DNA of 64,000 bases from Thermoanaerobaculia bacterium (GCA_963816185.1 CAWFJJ010000024.1:192001-256000), one strand, 5' to 3'. Shown: positions 48,690-59,821, counted from the first letter of the stretch. Notes: generated by a model from the sequence alone, not told the origin. Numbers and translations: made by a program.

Positions 48690-49511
48690 ATGCCCGTCAA
48701 GTCGTACAAACCCACGTCTCCCGGGATGCGTCAGCGGACCACGTCCGACTTCTCGGAGATCACGAAGACCGGACCCGAGAAGTCGCTCACGAAGGGCAAG
48801 CTCAAGACCGGCGGCCGCGACAGCCGCGGCCATCTCACGTCGTGGTGGCGGGGCGGCGGACACAAGAAGCGCTACCGCGACATCGACTTCAAGCGCGACA
48901 AGCACGACATCCCGGCGAAGGTCGCCTCCATCGAGTACGACCCGAACCGGTCGGCGCGTATCGCTCTTCTCGCTTACGCAGACGGGGAGAAGCGCTACAT
49001 CGTGGCCCCCGCCGGCCTCAGCGTCGGGCAGACGGTCGTCTCCGGCGCCGCGGTCGACATCGTGGTCGGAAATGCCCTTCCGCTCAAGGCGATCCCGCTC
49101 GGCACGGTCGTGCACAACGTGGAGTTCAAGCCGGGCGGCGGCGGCCAGATGGCGCGGTCGGCCGGAGCGGGAGCGCAGCTCATGGCGAAGGAAGGGGCCT
49201 TCGCGCTCCTCCGCGTGCCGTCGGGCGAGCTCCGGCGCGTGGGCGTCGACTGCTACGCCACGATCGGCCAGGTCGGCAACCTCGAGCACGAGAACATCTC
49301 CATCGGCAAGGCCGGCCGCAACCGCTGGCTCGGCTGGAAGTCGCACAACCGCGGCGTCGCCATGAACCCCGTCGACCACCCGATGGGCGGCGGCGAGGGC
49401 AAGACTTCGGGAGGGCGCCATCCGACCTCGCCGTGGGGCTGGAAGACGAAAGGCATGAAGACGCGCAACAACAAGCGGACCGACGCCATGATCGTCAAGC
49501 GCCGCAAGTAG
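48690..49511 (+). CDS. rplB: 50S ribosomal protein L2
   Basis: [29 protein letters not shown]. Confidence 0.99.
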   Translation: MPVKSYKPTSPGMRQRTTSDFSEITKTGPEKSLTKGKLKTGGRDSRGHLTSWWRGGGHKKRYRDIDFKRDKHDIPAKVASIEYDPNRSARIALLAYADGEKRYIVAPAGLSVGQTVVSGAAVDIVVGNALPLKAIPLGTVVHNVEFKPGGGGQMARSAGAGAQLMAKEGAFALLRVPSGELRRVGVDCYATIGQVGNLEHENISIGKAGRNRWLGWKSHNRGVAMNPVDHPMGGGEGKTSGGRHPTSPWGWKTKGMKTRNNKRTDAMIVKRRK

Positions 49512-49527
49512 GGATTCGAGGAAACAC

Positions 49528-49885
49528 ATGTCTCGTTCCACGAAAAAGGGGCCGTTCGTCGACGCACCGCTCCTCGAGAAAATCACCGCGATGAACGCGG
49601 CCGGCGAGAAGCGTGTCTTGAAGACGTGGTCGCGCCGCTCGACGATCCTGCCCGACATGGTCGGCCACACGCTCGCCGTCCACAATGGCAAGAAGTTCAT
49701 TCCCGTCTACGTCTCCGAGAACATGGTCGGGCACAAGCTCGGCGAGTTCTCGCCCACCCGCATCTTCAAGGGCCACTCGGGCAAGAAGATCGAGAAGGGC
49801 GCGACGCCGGGCGCACCCGGCGCACCCGGGCGCTCCGGGCGCACCGGGCGCTCCCGCCCCGGCCGCGCCGGCGGCGAAGGCCTGA
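49528..49885 (+). CDS. rpsS: 30S ribosomal protein S19 with (PGA)n tail; +1 frameshift in the tail
   Basis: [26 protein letters not shown]; the PGA repeat resumes in the +1 frame and ends at TGA 49883-49885, just before the rplV RBS. Confidence 0.95.
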
Positions 49886-49896
49886 GGAGGAGCGCG

Positions 49897-50559
49897 ATGG
49901 AAGCAGTCGCCCGTCTCCGCCACTACCGGGGCTCCGCCCAGAAGGTGCGGCTCGTCGCCGACCTCATCCGGATGAAGCCGGTCGGAAAGGCTCTCGCGAC
50001 TCTGCGCACGACGCGCAAGAGCTGCTCGCCGGACCTCCTGAAGCTCGTGGAGTCCGCGATCGCGAACGCTCGGCAGAACGAGTCGGGCGTGGACGCGGAC
50101 GCGCTCGTCGTCTCGAAGATCCACGTCGACGAGGCCGGCAGGAAGCCCTTGCAGCGCAACTCCATGATCCGCGCGATCTCGAACTACAAAAAGCGCTTCG
50201 CCCGCCCACGCTTCATGAGCGGGCCGCAGGGCCGCATGTGGCTCATCCCGCGTCCTTTCTGCCACGTGACGGTCACTCTGTCGGACGACGCCGCCGCGCG
50301 GAAGGGTGCGGGCCTCAAGGCCGAAGCCCCGAAGCCTCTCGTGAAGAAGCGTCAGGGCCGTGTCGCGGCCGCCGTCTCCGCGGCGGCGCATCGCCCCGGC
50401 CGCGAGAATCGGGCGGTCGAGCGGGCGCACAAGAAGGTCGAGGCTGACGAGAAACGGGCCGACCGGATCGAAGCTGCGGAAGCCAAGCCCGCGGGGCCGA
50501 AGAGCGAAAAGCGCGAGAAGAAGTCGAAAAAGCCTACGAAGCCGGAATCGGCCGGGTAA
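49897..50559 (+). CDS. rplV: 50S ribosomal protein L22 with a hairpin insertion and C-terminal extension
   Basis: [23 protein letters not shown]...HVTV; AGGAGG RBS. Confidence 0.93.
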   Translation: MEAVARLRHYRGSAQKVRLVADLIRMKPVGKALATLRTTRKSCSPDLLKLVESAIANARQNESGVDADALVVSKIHVDEAGRKPLQRNSMIRAISNYKKRFARPRFMSGPQGRMWLIPRPFCHVTVTLSDDAAARKGAGLKAEAPKPLVKKRQGRVAAAVSAAAHRPGRENRAVERAHKKVEADEKRADRIEAAEAKPAGPKSEKREKKSKKPTKPESAG

Positions 50560-50573
50560 CGGGAGTACACACG

Positions 50574-51221
50574 ATGGGCCAGAAAGTTCACCCCTACGGT
50601 TTTCGGATCGGCTACAACCGGACCTGGCACTCGCGCTGGTACGCCGAGAAGGACTACCTCAAGTACCTGCACGACGACCTGAAGCTCCGCGACGAGCTCA
50701 AGCGCGACCTCGTCAACGCGGCGGTCTCCGAGGTGGAGATCGAGCGCGGCAACAAGCTGAAGATCAACATCATGACCGCCCGGCCCGGCGTCATCATCGG
50801 GAAGAAGGGCGCGTCCGTGGACCAGCTCCGCGACCGGCTGCAGCAGCGGCTCGGGAAGGACATCCACGTGAACATCGTCGAGATCCAGCGCCCCGAGACC
50901 GACGCACAGCTCGTCGCCGAGTCCATCGCGATGCAGCTCGAGCGCCGCGTCGCCTTCCGCCGGGCGATGAAGAAGGGGATGGAGTCTGCCTTCCGCTTCG
51001 GCGCGCAGGGCATCAAGATCCGCTGCGGCGGACGCCTCAACGGCGCCGAGATCGCGCGCTCGGAGTGGTATCAGGAAGGCCGCCTCCCGCTTCATACGCT
51101 CAAGGCCGACATCGACTACGGCTTCGCCGAGGCGCGCACGACATACGGAAAGATCGGCGTCAAGTGCTGGATCTACAAGGGCGACCTGCATCGGGCCAAG
51201 TCCCGGAGAAAGGTCGCGTAG
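50574..51221 (+). CDS. rpsC: 30S ribosomal protein S3
   Basis: [32 protein letters not shown]. Confidence 0.99.
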   Translation: MGQKVHPYGFRIGYNRTWHSRWYAEKDYLKYLHDDLKLRDELKRDLVNAAVSEVEIERGNKLKINIMTARPGVIIGKKGASVDQLRDRLQQRLGKDIHVNIVEIQRPETDAQLVAESIAMQLERRVAFRRAMKKGMESAFRFGAQGIKIRCGGRLNGAEIARSEWYQEGRLPLHTLKADIDYGFAEARTTYGKIGVKCWIYKGDLHRAKSRRKVA

Positions 51222-51230
51222 GGGTTCTCG

Positions 51231-51656
51231 ATGTTGATGCCGTCGAAGGTCAAGTACAGGAAGCAGCAGCGCGGCCGCATGTGCGGCACCGCGCGCAAGG
51301 GTTCGGAGCTCTCTTTCGGGGAGTACGGGCTGCAGGCCGTCGAGCCGGGCTGGCTCACCGCCCGCCAGATCGAGGCCGGCCGCGTCGCGGTCCAGCGCCA
51401 CGTGAAGCGCGGGGGAAAGCTCTGGATCCGCGTGTTTCCCGACAAGCCGATCACGAAGAAGCCCGCCGAGACGCGCATGGGCAAGGGCAAGGGCGCGCCC
51501 GAAGGCTGGGTCTGCGTCATCAAGCCCGCCCGAATCCTGTTCGAGATGGAGGGCGTCGACGAGAAGACGGCGCGCCAGGCCTTCGGCCTCGCGTCGGACA
51601 AGATCGGGATCAAGACCCGCTTCGTGTCGCGCTCCTTCCTCGCGGCGGTGAGGTGA
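51231..51656 (+). CDS. rplP: 50S ribosomal protein L16
   Basis: [23 protein letters not shown]. Confidence 0.99.
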   Translation: MLMPSKVKYRKQQRGRMCGTARKGSELSFGEYGLQAVEPGWLTARQIEAGRVAVQRHVKRGGKLWIRVFPDKPITKKPAETRMGKGKGAPEGWVCVIKPARILFEMEGVDEKTARQAFGLASDKIGIKTRFVSRSFLAAVR

Positions 51657-51660
51657 CGAG

Positions 51661-52179
51661 ATGACGATGAAGATCCAGGCCATGCTCGACTGGTCCCCCG
51701 AGGAGAAGGCCGCCAAGGCGAAGGAGTGGGCGCAGTCCCTCTTCACGCTCCGCCTCCAGAAGGCAACGGGCCAGCTCGAGAACCCGATGAAGATCAAGGA
51801 GCTCCGCAAGGACATCGCCCGCCTGAAGACCGCGCAGCACATGAGCGCGGCCGAGGCGGCGGCCGCGGCCGCGGCCGCCGAGGCCCACGAAGCGGCGACG
51901 ATTTCGGAGGGGACCGAAGAGAAGATTTCTGCGAATGAAAAGAGCGCGGCGGGGACGGCGAAACCGAAACCCCACGCCGCCGCATCGGGCAAAGGCGCCA
52001 AGAAGCGCGCCGCGGCCCACAAGAAGAAGGCTGCTGCGACGACGGGCAAGAGGGCCGCCGGCGCCTCCGCAAAGGCACATGCACCTTCTAAGAAATCTTC
52101 TACTTCCGGCGCTCCCGGCAAGACGGCCGGCGCCCCGAAGGCCAAGTCCGCCGCCTCGAAGAAGAGCAAGAAGAAGTAG
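51661..52179 (+). CDS. rpmC: 50S ribosomal protein L29 with a ~110-aa Ala/Lys-rich C-terminal extension
   Basis: [29 protein letters not shown]; lies between rplP and rpsQ. Confidence 0.93.
   Translation: MTMKIQAMLDWSPEEKAAKAKEWAQSLFTLRLQKATGQLENPMKIKELRKDIARLKTAQHMSAAEAAAAAAAAEAHEAATISEGTEEKISANEKSAAGTAKPKPHAAASGKGAKKRAAAHKKKAAATTGKRAAGASAKAHAPSKKSSTSGAPGKTAGAPKAKSAASKKSKKK
51921..52100 (+). repeat. AT-rich miniature inverted-repeat element, copy B, in frame inside rpmC
   Basis: GAAGATTTCTGCGAATGAAAAGAGC...CACCTTCTAAGAAATCTTC; 12/14 terminal inverted match; 180 nt = 60 codons. Confidence 0.7.
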
Positions 52180-52195
52180 TTCGTAACAGGAAGCA

Positions 52196-52627
52196 GTGAG
52201 CACGCCCATGAGCAGCACCCCGAAATCCCAGCCGGAGACAGGCGCGGCATCCACGGCCGAACAGCCTCGTCGTAGCCGCAAGGTCGGGACCGTCGTCTCG
52301 AACAAGATGGAAAAGACCGTGGTCGTCGAGGTCTCGCGCCTCGTCAAGCACACTCGCTACGGCCGCTATCAGCGGAAGTCGGCGCGATTCCTGGCGGACG
52401 ACCGTGTCCTCAAGGCGCAGCCCGGCGACACCGTGCAGATCGAGGAGACCCGGCCCTTGTCGGCCCGTAAGCACTGGCGCGTGACGGCCATCGTGACGAA
52501 GGGCCGCGCCCTGGTCTCCGACACGGCCGAGGTGCCGGGCAGCGAGGCGAAGAGCCCGGCGAAGAGCGTTCCCGAGAGGAAGCTGCACGCGAAGGGCGCG
52601 TCCGAGCCGGCGGGGAGGGCGTCGTGA
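52196..52627 (+). CDS. rpsQ: 30S ribosomal protein S17 with N- and C-terminal extensions
   Basis: [27 protein letters not shown]. Confidence 0.95.
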   Translation: MSTPMSSTPKSQPETGAASTAEQPRRSRKVGTVVSNKMEKTVVVEVSRLVKHTRYGRYQRKSARFLADDRVLKAQPGDTVQIEETRPLSARKHWRVTAIVTKGRALVSDTAEVPGSEAKSPAKSVPERKLHAKGASEPAGRAS

Positions 52628-52998
52628 TCCAGATGGGGACGATCCTCGAAGTCGCCGACAACTCCGGCGCCCGCCGGCTGGCGTGCATCAAGGTCCAGGG
52701 CGGCTCGACGGGCGATTTCGGCCGGATCGGCGACGTCATCACCTGCTCGGTGAAGGAGTCGAACCCGGACGCGCCCGACCCGGTCAAGAAGGGCAAGGTC
52801 GTCAGGGCCGTCATCGTGCGCACGGTGCGCGAGCAGCGGCGGCGCGACGGCAGCTACATCCGGTTCGACACGAACGCGGCGGTCCTCGTCAACAATGAAA
52901 GGGAGCCGATCGGGACCCGCGTGTTCGGGCCGGTCGCGCGCGAGCTGCGCGAGAAGAAGTTCATGAAGATCATCTCGCTCGCTCCGGAAGTCATCTGA
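52624..52998 (+). CDS. rplN: 50S ribosomal protein L14
   Basis: [28 protein letters not shown]. Confidence 0.98.
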   Translation: MIQMGTILEVADNSGARRLACIKVQGGSTGDFGRIGDVITCSVKESNPDAPDPVKKGKVVRAVIVRTVREQRRRDGSYIRFDTNAAVLVNNEREPIGTRVFGPVARELREKKFMKIISLAPEVI

Positions 52999-53000
52999 CC

Positions 53001-53366
53001 ATGAAGAAAAAGCAGCCGACGTACACCGGGAAGCGCCGGATCCGCAAGGACGACGTCGTCGTCGTCCTCACGGGGAAGGACCGTGGGGCGCGCGGGAAGG
53101 TCCTCAAGGTGCTGCCCGAGAAGGGCCGCGCCGTCGTGGAGGGCGTGAACAAGATCAAGCGGGCCACGCGCGCGAATCCCCAGAAGAACATCAAGGGCGG
53201 CATCCTCGAGCGCGAGGCGCCGATCGCCCTGTCGAACCTCATGCTCGTCGACCCCGAGGGCGGCAAGCCGACGCGGGTGGGAATTCGACCCGAGGGCGGC
53301 GAGTGGGTGCGCTACGCCAAGAAGAGCGGCGCGACGATCGGCACGATCCGGCCGGCGGGCGAGTGA
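53001..53366 (+). CDS. rplX: 50S ribosomal protein L24
   Basis: [23 protein letters not shown]. Confidence 0.97.
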   Translation: MKKKQPTYTGKRRIRKDDVVVVLTGKDRGARGKVLKVLPEKGRAVVEGVNKIKRATRANPQKNIKGGILEREAPIALSNLMLVDPEGGKPTRVGIRPEGGEWVRYAKKSGATIGTIRPAGE

Positions 53367-53373
53367 GGACGAA

Positions 53374-53919
53374 ATGAGCAGCCCACGTCTCCAGGACAAG
53401 TACAAGAAGGACGTCATCCCGGTCCTCAAGAAGGAGTTCGGGATCGAGAACCTGATGGCCGTCCCGAAGCTGGAAAAGATCGTGCTCAACATGGGGATCG
53501 GCGAGGCCATCACGAACGCGAAGCTCGTCGACGCGGCCGCCGAGGAGCTCACGAAGATCGCCGGCCAGCGTGCCGTCGTCACGCGGGCGAAGAAGTCCAT
53601 CGCCACGTTCAAGCTGCGCGCGGGGATGCCGATCGGCTGCCGCGTGACGTTGCGCGGCGAGCGGATGTACGAGTTTCTCGACCGCCTCATGAACGTCGCG
53701 CTTCCGCGCGTGCGCGACTTCCGCGGCGTTCCGACGCGCTCGTTCGACGGACGCGGCAATTTCACGCTCGGCGTCAAGGACCATCTCATCTTTCCCGAAA
53801 TCGACCCCACGAAGATCGACAAGTCCAAGGGTCTCAACGTCACCATCGTCACAACGGCAGGCTCGGACGACCGGGCCCGGGTTCTCTTGAAAGAGCTCGG
53901 CATGCCGTTCGGCCGATAG
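53374..53919 (+). CDS. rplE: 50S ribosomal protein L5
   Basis: [27 protein letters not shown]. Confidence 0.98.
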   Translation: MSSPRLQDKYKKDVIPVLKKEFGIENLMAVPKLEKIVLNMGIGEAITNAKLVDAAAEELTKIAGQRAVVTRAKKSIATFKLRAGMPIGCRVTLRGERMYEFLDRLMNVALPRVRDFRGVPTRSFDGRGNFTLGVKDHLIFPEIDPTKIDKSKGLNVTIVTTAGSDDRARVLLKELGMPFGR

Positions 53920-53936
53920 CAGGGCAAGGAGCAGGC

Positions 53937-54122
53937 ATGGCTCGTCGCGCCGCCATCATCAAGGCGAACTCGAAACTGAAATACGCCATCCGCAAGCGAA
54001 ACCGCTGCATGCGCTGCGGCCGTCCGCGGGCGTTCATGCGGAAGTTCGGCTTGTGCCGCATCTGCTTCCGGAACCTCGCGCTCGCGGGCTACGTGCCCGG
54101 GGTGACGAAGGCGTCGTGGTGA
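53937..54122 (+). CDS. rpsN: 30S ribosomal protein S14, zinc-binding type
   Basis: [18 protein letters not shown]...KASW. Confidence 0.97.
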   Translation: MARRAAIIKANSKLKYAIRKRNRCMRCGRPRAFMRKFGLCRICFRNLALAGYVPGVTKASW

Positions 54123-54132
54123 GGAGGGGGCG

Positions 54133-54531
54133 ATGAACATCAGCGATCCCGTCTCCGATCTCCTCGCACGCCTCAGGAACGCGTTGTCGGCCCGGCACGA
54201 GAAGGCCGACATTCCGTCGTCGCGCTTCAAGGTCGAGCTCGCCCGGATCCTCAAGGACGAGGGCTACATCAAGAATTTCAAGGTGATGGACGACCGGGGC
54301 GGCAGCCTGCTCCGCCTGTACCTCAAGTACGACGACACGGGGAATCCCGTCATTCACGGCCTCGCGCGCTCGAGCAAGCCGGGCCGGCGCCTCTACGCCG
54401 GCAAGAACGCGCTTCCCGAGGTTCTCGGCGGCCTCGGCGTCGCCATCGTGTCCACCTCGCAGGGCCTCCTCACCGGTCACGACGCGAAAAAGCGCGGCGT
54501 GGGCGGCGAGGTTGTCTGCACGGTGTGGTGA
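54133..54531 (+). CDS. rpsH: 30S ribosomal protein S8
   Basis: [29 protein letters not shown]. Confidence 0.98.
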   Translation: MNISDPVSDLLARLRNALSARHEKADIPSSRFKVELARILKDEGYIKNFKVMDDRGGSLLRLYLKYDDTGNPVIHGLARSSKPGRRLYAGKNALPEVLGGLGVAIVSTSQGLLTGHDAKKRGVGGEVVCTVW

Positions 54532-54539
54532 GGAGCGAC

Positions 54540-55097
54540 ATGTCTCGAGTCGGTCAAAAGCCCATCTCCATTCCCAAGGGCGTCGACGTCCAGGTCGCGG
54601 ATCTTTCCGTCACGGTGAAGGGTCCGAAGGGCGCCGTCACAACGCCGATCCTCGCGGGCATCACGGTCGAGAAGAAAGACGGCATCGTCCGCCTCGCGCG
54701 CGCAGGCGAGGAGAAGAAGGACAAGGCGCTCCACGGCCTGAACCGCGCTCTTCTCCAGAACGCGGTCCTCGGCGTCACCCAGGGGTTCAAGCGCGAGATC
54801 GACCTCGTGGGCATCGGCTTCAAGGCCGAGGTCAAGGGACAGGCCGTCGTGTTCAGCGTCGGTTTCTCGCACGTCGTGAGGTTCCCGATGCCCGAGGGCA
54901 TCAAGGTCGAGGTCGCGCCGGACGCGAAGGCCAAGGACATCACGCACATCATCGTCACGGGCGTCGACAAGCAGAAAGTCGGCCAGACGGCGACCGAGAT
55001 CCGCGGGATTCGTCCGCCCGACCCGTACAAGCTGAAGGGATTCCGCTTCGTCGGCGAGGTCCTCAAGAAGAAGGCCGGCAAGGCCACGGGCAAGTAA
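54540..55097 (+). CDS. rplF: 50S ribosomal protein L6
   Basis: [24 protein letters not shown]. Confidence 0.97.
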   Translation: MSRVGQKPISIPKGVDVQVADLSVTVKGPKGAVTTPILAGITVEKKDGIVRLARAGEEKKDKALHGLNRALLQNAVLGVTQGFKREIDLVGIGFKAEVKGQAVVFSVGFSHVVRFPMPEGIKVEVAPDAKAKDITHIIVTGVDKQKVGQTATEIRGIRPPDPYKLKGFRFVGEVLKKKAGKATGK

Positions 55098-55111
55098 GGA
55101 AGCAGGCAACC

Positions 55112-55480
55112 ATGGAAAAGGCACAAGCCCGGGTCGAAGCGAGGACGCGCATCCACACGCGCATCCGCACGAAGGTGAAGGGAACGGCCGCGCGGCCGCG
55201 CCTCGCCGTCTCCAAGACCCTCCGCTGGATCTCCGTGCAGCTCATCGACGATTCCGCAGGCACGACGCTCGCGCACGCGACGTCCCGCGAGACTCTCGTG
55301 CGCGGCGAGGCGAAGAGCGCGGCCAACAAGACGGCCGCCGTCAAGGTCGGTGCGCTCATCGCCGAGCGTGCCCAGGCAAAGGGCATCTCGGCCGTCGTGT
55401 TCGACCGCGGAGGCCATCTCTACCACGGCAACGTGAAAGCGCTCGCGGAAGCCGCTCGCGAGAAGGGGTTGAAGTTTTGA
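55112..55480 (+). CDS. rplR: 50S ribosomal protein L18
   Basis: [31 protein letters not shown]. Confidence 0.97.
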   Translation: MEKAQARVEARTRIHTRIRTKVKGTAARPRLAVSKTLRWISVQLIDDSAGTTLAHATSRETLVRGEAKSAANKTAAVKVGALIAERAQAKGISAVVFDRGGHLYHGNVKALAEAAREKGLKF

Positions 55481-56136
55481 GCAGCAACGCGCCGACCAAT
55501 CGTCCCCCGCGCCCGAACCGTCCGGGCGGCAACCGTCCCGGCGGCCCGCCGCCTCGTCCGGCCGGCGCCCTCGGTGAGGGCCGCGCCGGAGCCGACCTCA
55601 TCGACCACGTCGTGCACATCAACCGCGTGACGAAGGTCGTCAAGGGCGGCAAGAACTTCTCGTTCTCGGCCCTCGTCGTCGTGGGCGACGGGCACGGCCG
55701 CGTCGGCTACGGCGCCGGCAAGGCGAAGGAAGTCCCGATGGCCATCAAGAAGGGGATCGAGATGGCCAAGAAGAAGATGATCAGCGTCCCGCTGAAGGGC
55801 AAGACGATCCCGCACCCCATCGTCGGCCACTACGGCGCGGGCCGCGTCATGCTCAAGCCGGCGTCCGAGGGCACGGGCGTCATCGCGGGCGGAGCCGTCC
55901 GCGCCGTGCTCGAGTCGGCGGGCGTCCAGAACATCCTCACGAAGTCGCTCGGCACGACGAACCCGCACAACGTCGTCAAGGCCACGTTCGACGCGCTCCA
56001 GCACCTGCAGCTCGAGGCGACGATCGCGAAGGCCCGCGGCGTGGGCAACGGCGAAGCGAAGGCGGAGGCGGTCCCGGCAGCACCGGTCGCGCCTGCGCCG
56101 GTTGCGGTTCCGGAGACCACGGAGAAGATCGGATGA
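55477..56136 (+). CDS. rpsE: 30S ribosomal protein S5 with terminal extensions
   Basis: [20 protein letters not shown]; TTG start overlapping the rplR stop. Confidence 0.96.
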   Translation: MSSNAPTNRPPRPNRPGGNRPGGPPPRPAGALGEGRAGADLIDHVVHINRVTKVVKGGKNFSFSALVVVGDGHGRVGYGAGKAKEVPMAIKKGIEMAKKKMISVPLKGKTIPHPIVGHYGAGRVMLKPASEGTGVIAGGAVRAVLESAGVQNILTKSLGTTNPHNVVKATFDALQHLQLEATIAKARGVGNGEAKAEAVPAAPVAPAPVAVPETTEKIG

Positions 56137-56531
56137 GCGAGACGGACAAGACCGAGAAGATCGAGACCGAGAAGAAGAGGATTTCTTCGAAGGTGAATGC
56201 CCCGGCGCAGGCCGCTGCGGCGGAGCCGCGCGGCGCAGCCGAAGCGGGCGAGCAGGCAGCGCGCGCGCTTTCTAAGAATTCTTCCCCGGCCGCGTCAGCG
56301 GCCGTGCCGAAACCCCCGGCCGCCGCGAAGGCGGCGGCTCCGAAGCAGATCCGTATTCGCCAGATCAAGTCGGGCATCTGCGCGCCCGTCGATCAGAAGC
56401 AGACGCTCCTCGGGCTCGGCCTCCAGCGCATCCGGCACGAGGTCCTTCGCCCCGACACCCCGACGGTCCGGGGCCAGGTCCACAAAGTCCGCCACCTCGT
56501 CGAAATCGTCGAGGGTGGCGCGGCGAGGTAA
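56133..56531 (+). CDS. rpmD: 50S ribosomal protein L30 with a ~70-aa N-terminal extension
   Basis: C-terminal [10 protein letters not shown]...TLLGLGL.RI...[15 protein letters not shown]; no alternative start codon near the core domain. Confidence 0.9.
   Translation: MSETDKTEKIETEKKRISSKVNAPAQAAAAEPRGAAEAGEQAARALSKNSSPAASAAVPKPPAAAKAAAPKQIRIRQIKSGICAPVDQKQTLLGLGLQRIRHEVLRPDTPTVRGQVHKVRHLVEIVEGGAAR
56177..56284 (+). repeat. AT-rich miniature inverted-repeat element, copy C, in frame inside rpmD
   Basis: GAGGATTTCTTCGAAGGTGAAT...TTTCTAAGAATTCTTC; 108 nt = 36 codons. Confidence 0.7.
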
Positions 56532-56534
56532 CGC

Positions 56535-56988
56535 ATGTCGCACGGACTCCACAACCTCGGGCCCCGCAAGGGCGCGACGTCCTCGAAGAAGCGCATCGGC
56601 CGCGGCCCCGGGCTCCGGCCTCGGCAAGACGTCGGGCAAGGGCCATAAGGGCCAGAACTCCCGCAGCGGGTATTCGCACCTGCGCGGCCACGAAGGCGGC
56701 CAGATGCCGCTTCACCGCCGCATGCCGAAGCGCGGATTCACGAACATCTTCCGCAAGGAGTGGTCGACGGTCAGCGTCGAGGCCCTGGAGCGCATGTTCA
56801 AGGCCGGCGACGCCGTGACGCTCGAAGCTCTCAAGAACGCCGGCGTCAAGAAGACGAGCCAGGGCGTGAAGGTCCTCGGTTCGGGCGAGCTCAAGAAGGC
56901 GCTCGTCGTCTCCGCGCACCATTTCACGGAGGGGGCGAAGAAGAAGATCGAAGCCGCAGGCGGCCGTTGCGAGGTCGTGGCCCGGTAA
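56535..56988 (+). CDS. rplO: 50S ribosomal protein L15, +1 frameshift near 56610
   Basis: MSHGLHNL...KRIGRGPG then next frame [30 protein letters not shown]; 454 nt = 3n+1. Confidence 0.95.
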
Positions 56989-58394
56989 TGCAGATCTTCG
57001 AGTCGTTCCGCAACATCTTCGCGATCCCGGACCTGAGGAAGCGCTTGCTTTTCACGTTCGGGCTGCTCGGGGTCTACCGGATCGGTTCGCACATCCCGAC
57101 GCCCGGCCTGGATGCGTCCGCCCTTGAGGAGTTCTTCAAGGCGAGCGCCGGAGGCCTGCTCGGGTTCCTCGACGTCTTCTCGGGCGGCGCGCTGAGGCGC
57201 CTCTCGGTCTTCGCGCTCGGCATCACGCCCTACATCACGGCGTCGATCATCCTGCAGCTCCTGACCGTCGTCTGGCCCTACCTCGAGAAGCTCTCGAAGG
57301 AAGGGGAGATGGGCCGCCGGAAGATCACGCAGTTCACGCGCTACGGCACGGTCGTCCTGTCGATCGTCCAGGGCGCCGGAATCGCGCTTTGGCTCTGGAG
57401 CCAGACGACGCCGAGCGGCCGCAACCTCGCGCTGAGGGATCCGGGGTCCGACGCCGGCAAGCTCTCGTTCGTCCTCCTCGCGGTCCTGACCCTCACGACC
57501 GGCACGGCGTTCGTCATGTGGCTCGGCGAGCAGATCACGGATCGAGGAGTCGGCAACGGGATCTCGCTCATCATTTTCGCAGGCATCGTCGCGGGCTTCC
57601 CGACGGCCGTCATCAACTCGATCCAGCAGGTTCAGCGCGGCGGCATGTCGCTGTTCACCGGGATCATCCTCCTCGCGTTCATGATCGGCGTCGTCGCGGC
57701 GATCGTCTTCGTGGAGCGGGCCCAGCGACGGATTCCAGTGCAGTACGCGAAGCGCGTGGTCGGCCGGAAAGTCTACGGCGGGCAGAACACGTACCTGCCG
57801 CTGCGCGTGAACACCGGCGGCGTCATCCCGATCATCTTCGCGATCTCGATCATCCAGTTCCCGCAGTACATCGCCTCCGCGATCAAGAGCGATTTCATGA
57901 AGAGGATCGCCGAGCAGCTCTCCATCGGCCAGCCGCTCTACAACCTCATCTACGGGCTCGGGATCATCTTCTTCTGCTACTTCTACATCTCGATCATCTT
58001 CAACCCGAACGACACCGCCGAGAACATGCGCAAGTACGGCGGCTTCATTCCGGGCATCCGCCCGGGAAAGGCCACGTCGGATTACATCGACAACGTGCTG
58101 ACCCGCATCACGCTCATCGGCGCCGTCTACCTCGTCGTCGTCGCGCTGATTCCCGAGTTCCTCCTGATGGGCTTCAAGGTGCAGGGGCTCCCGGCCATCG
58201 GGCCCTGGCTGGACGCGCACCTCCCGGTCTTCGTGACGCAGGGCCTCGGCATCACGTTCTACTTCGGCGGCACGTCGCTCCTCATCGTCGTGGGCGTCGC
58301 GATGGACACGGTCCAGCAGGTGGAGTCGCAGCTCGTCATGCGCAACTACGACGGTTTCCTGAAGAAGGGCCGTGTTCGCGGCCGTAGGGGGTGA
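56988..58394 (+). CDS. secY: Preprotein translocase subunit SecY
   Basis: FALGITPYITASII, WLGEQIT, GNGISLII, IPGIRPG, FGGTSLLI. Confidence 0.99.
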   Translation: MQIFESFRNIFAIPDLRKRLLFTFGLLGVYRIGSHIPTPGLDASALEEFFKASAGGLLGFLDVFSGGALRRLSVFALGITPYITASIILQLLTVVWPYLEKLSKEGEMGRRKITQFTRYGTVVLSIVQGAGIALWLWSQTTPSGRNLALRDPGSDAGKLSFVLLAVLTLTTGTAFVMWLGEQITDRGVGNGISLIIFAGIVAGFPTAVINSIQQVQRGGMSLFTGIILLAFMIGVVAAIVFVERAQRRIPVQYAKRVVGRKVYGGQNTYLPLRVNTGGVIPIIFAISIIQFPQYIASAIKSDFMKRIAEQLSIGQPLYNLIYGLGIIFFCYFYISIIFNPNDTAENMRKYGGFIPGIRPGKATSDYIDNVLTRITLIGAVYLVVVALIPEFLLMGFKVQGLPAIGPWLDAHLPVFVTQGLGITFYFGGTSLLIVVGVAMDTVQQVESQLVMRNYDGFLKKGRVRGRRG

Positions 58395-58397
58395 GTC

Positions 58398-58985
58398 ATG
58401 CCTTCCGCCATCGTCTTCTTCGGCCCTCCCGGCTCGGGAAAGGGAACTCAGGCGTCGCGGCTCGCGGCCTCTGCCGGCATCCCACAGATCTCGACAGGCG
58501 ACCTCCTTCGCAGCCACGTGGCCCGGGGAACGGCGCTCGGCGCGATCGCGAAGCCCATCATGGAGTCGGGCGCGCTCGTGCCGGACGATCTCGTGACGCG
58601 CATGCTGAAGGAACGCCTCGCCGGGCCCGACGCGAAGGAGGGAGCGATCTTCGACGGATACCCGCGCACGGTCGCTCAGGCGCGTTCCCTGGAGACGCTC
58701 CTGAAGGAGACCGGGGGCCGCGTCGACGCGGTGCTCTTCATCGACGTGCCGGACGAGATCCTCGTCGACCGCCTGCTCAAACGCGCGACGCTCGAAGGCC
58801 GCGCGGACGACACGAAAGAGACGATCACCGAGCGTCTCCGCGTCTACCGCGAGAAGACCGCGCCCCTCGCCGACCTCTACGCGAAGGCCGGTGTTCTCGT
58901 TGCGATCGACGGGGACCGCCCCATCGAGGCCGTCGCCACGGACGTGGTGTCGGCCGTGGCGCGCCGCCAGAAGGTGAAACTCTGA
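58398..58985 (+). CDS. adk: Adenylate kinase (short, LID-less type)
   Basis: GPPGSGKGTQ, ISTGDLLR, GALVPD, DGYPRT, GRADD. Confidence 0.96.
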   Translation: MPSAIVFFGPPGSGKGTQASRLAASAGIPQISTGDLLRSHVARGTALGAIAKPIMESGALVPDDLVTRMLKERLAGPDAKEGAIFDGYPRTVAQARSLETLLKETGGRVDAVLFIDVPDEILVDRLLKRATLEGRADDTKETITERLRVYREKTAPLADLYAKAGVLVAIDGDRPIEAVATDVVSAVARRQKVKL

Positions 58986-59800
58986 TCACCTGCAAGGGCA
59001 AGTCCGAGATCCTCAAGATGGAGCGCGCCGCGCGCATCGTGCACGAGACGCTGTCCGAGTGCGTCGCCGCGTGCCGGCCGGGCGTCGCGACCGAGGAGAT
59101 CGACCGTGTCGCGGCGGCCGGAATCGCGTCACGGGGCGGCAAGGCCGCATTCCCCGGCTACCGCGGCTACCCGAAGACGATCTGCATCTCGCTGAACGAC
59201 GAGGTCGTCCACGGGATTCCGTCGCCCAAGAGAATCCTCAAAGCGGGCGACGTCGTGGGCCTCGACCTGGGCGCCGTCGTCGAAGGCTATTTCGCGGACG
59301 CGGCGCGGACGGTCGCGCTCGCGCCCGTGGCGGAGCCGGTCCGCGAGCTGGTCGAGACGACGCACGCGGCGCTTCTCGCCGGCATCGGGGCCGTGGTGGT
59401 CGGCGGGCGCATCGGAGACGTGGGAGCGGCGGTCGAGGCCGTCGCGAAAACCCGCAAGTACGGGGTCGTGCGCGAGTTCGTGGGGCACGGCGTCGGGACC
59501 GCGCTCCACGAAGAGCCGCAGGTGCCGAATTACGGCCCGCCGGGAAAGCGCGAGATCATCCGGGAGGGCATGACGCTCGCGATCGAGCCCATGTTCAATC
59601 TCGGAGCCGCCGCCGTCACGACCGACCCCGACGGCTGGACGGTGCGCACGAAGGACGGCCGCGTGTCGGCGCACTTCGAGCACACGGTCGTCGCGACGGC
59701 TCAGGGGCCCGTCGTCCTCGGATTCGGGCGTTTCACGGCCGGCTCGGCGCAGACGGGCGCTCCCGGCTTCCACGAGTATCCGCTTCCCGTCGCGGTCTGA
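58982..59800 (+). CDS. map: Methionine aminopeptidase type I
   Basis: ISLNDEVVHGIP, DLG...YFADAART, GHGVG..LHEEP, AIEPM, SAHFEHT; probable CTG start overlapping the adk stop. Confidence 0.95.
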   Translation: MITCKGKSEILKMERAARIVHETLSECVAACRPGVATEEIDRVAAAGIASRGGKAAFPGYRGYPKTICISLNDEVVHGIPSPKRILKAGDVVGLDLGAVVEGYFADAARTVALAPVAEPVRELVETTHAALLAGIGAVVVGGRIGDVGAAVEAVAKTRKYGVVREFVGHGVGTALHEEPQVPNYGPPGKREIIREGMTLAIEPMFNLGAAAVTTDPDGWTVRTKDGRVSAHFEHTVVATAQGPVVLGFGRFTAGSAQTGAPGFHEYPLPVAV

Positions 59801-59821
59801 CGGAGGCGAAGACAGAGGTTT

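Noticed and set aside
49528-50559. Apparent S19-L22 fusion protein (343 aa)
   Set aside because: Produced by a single extra base in the PGA repeat; rplV has its own AGGAGG RBS and ATG directly after the shifted stop
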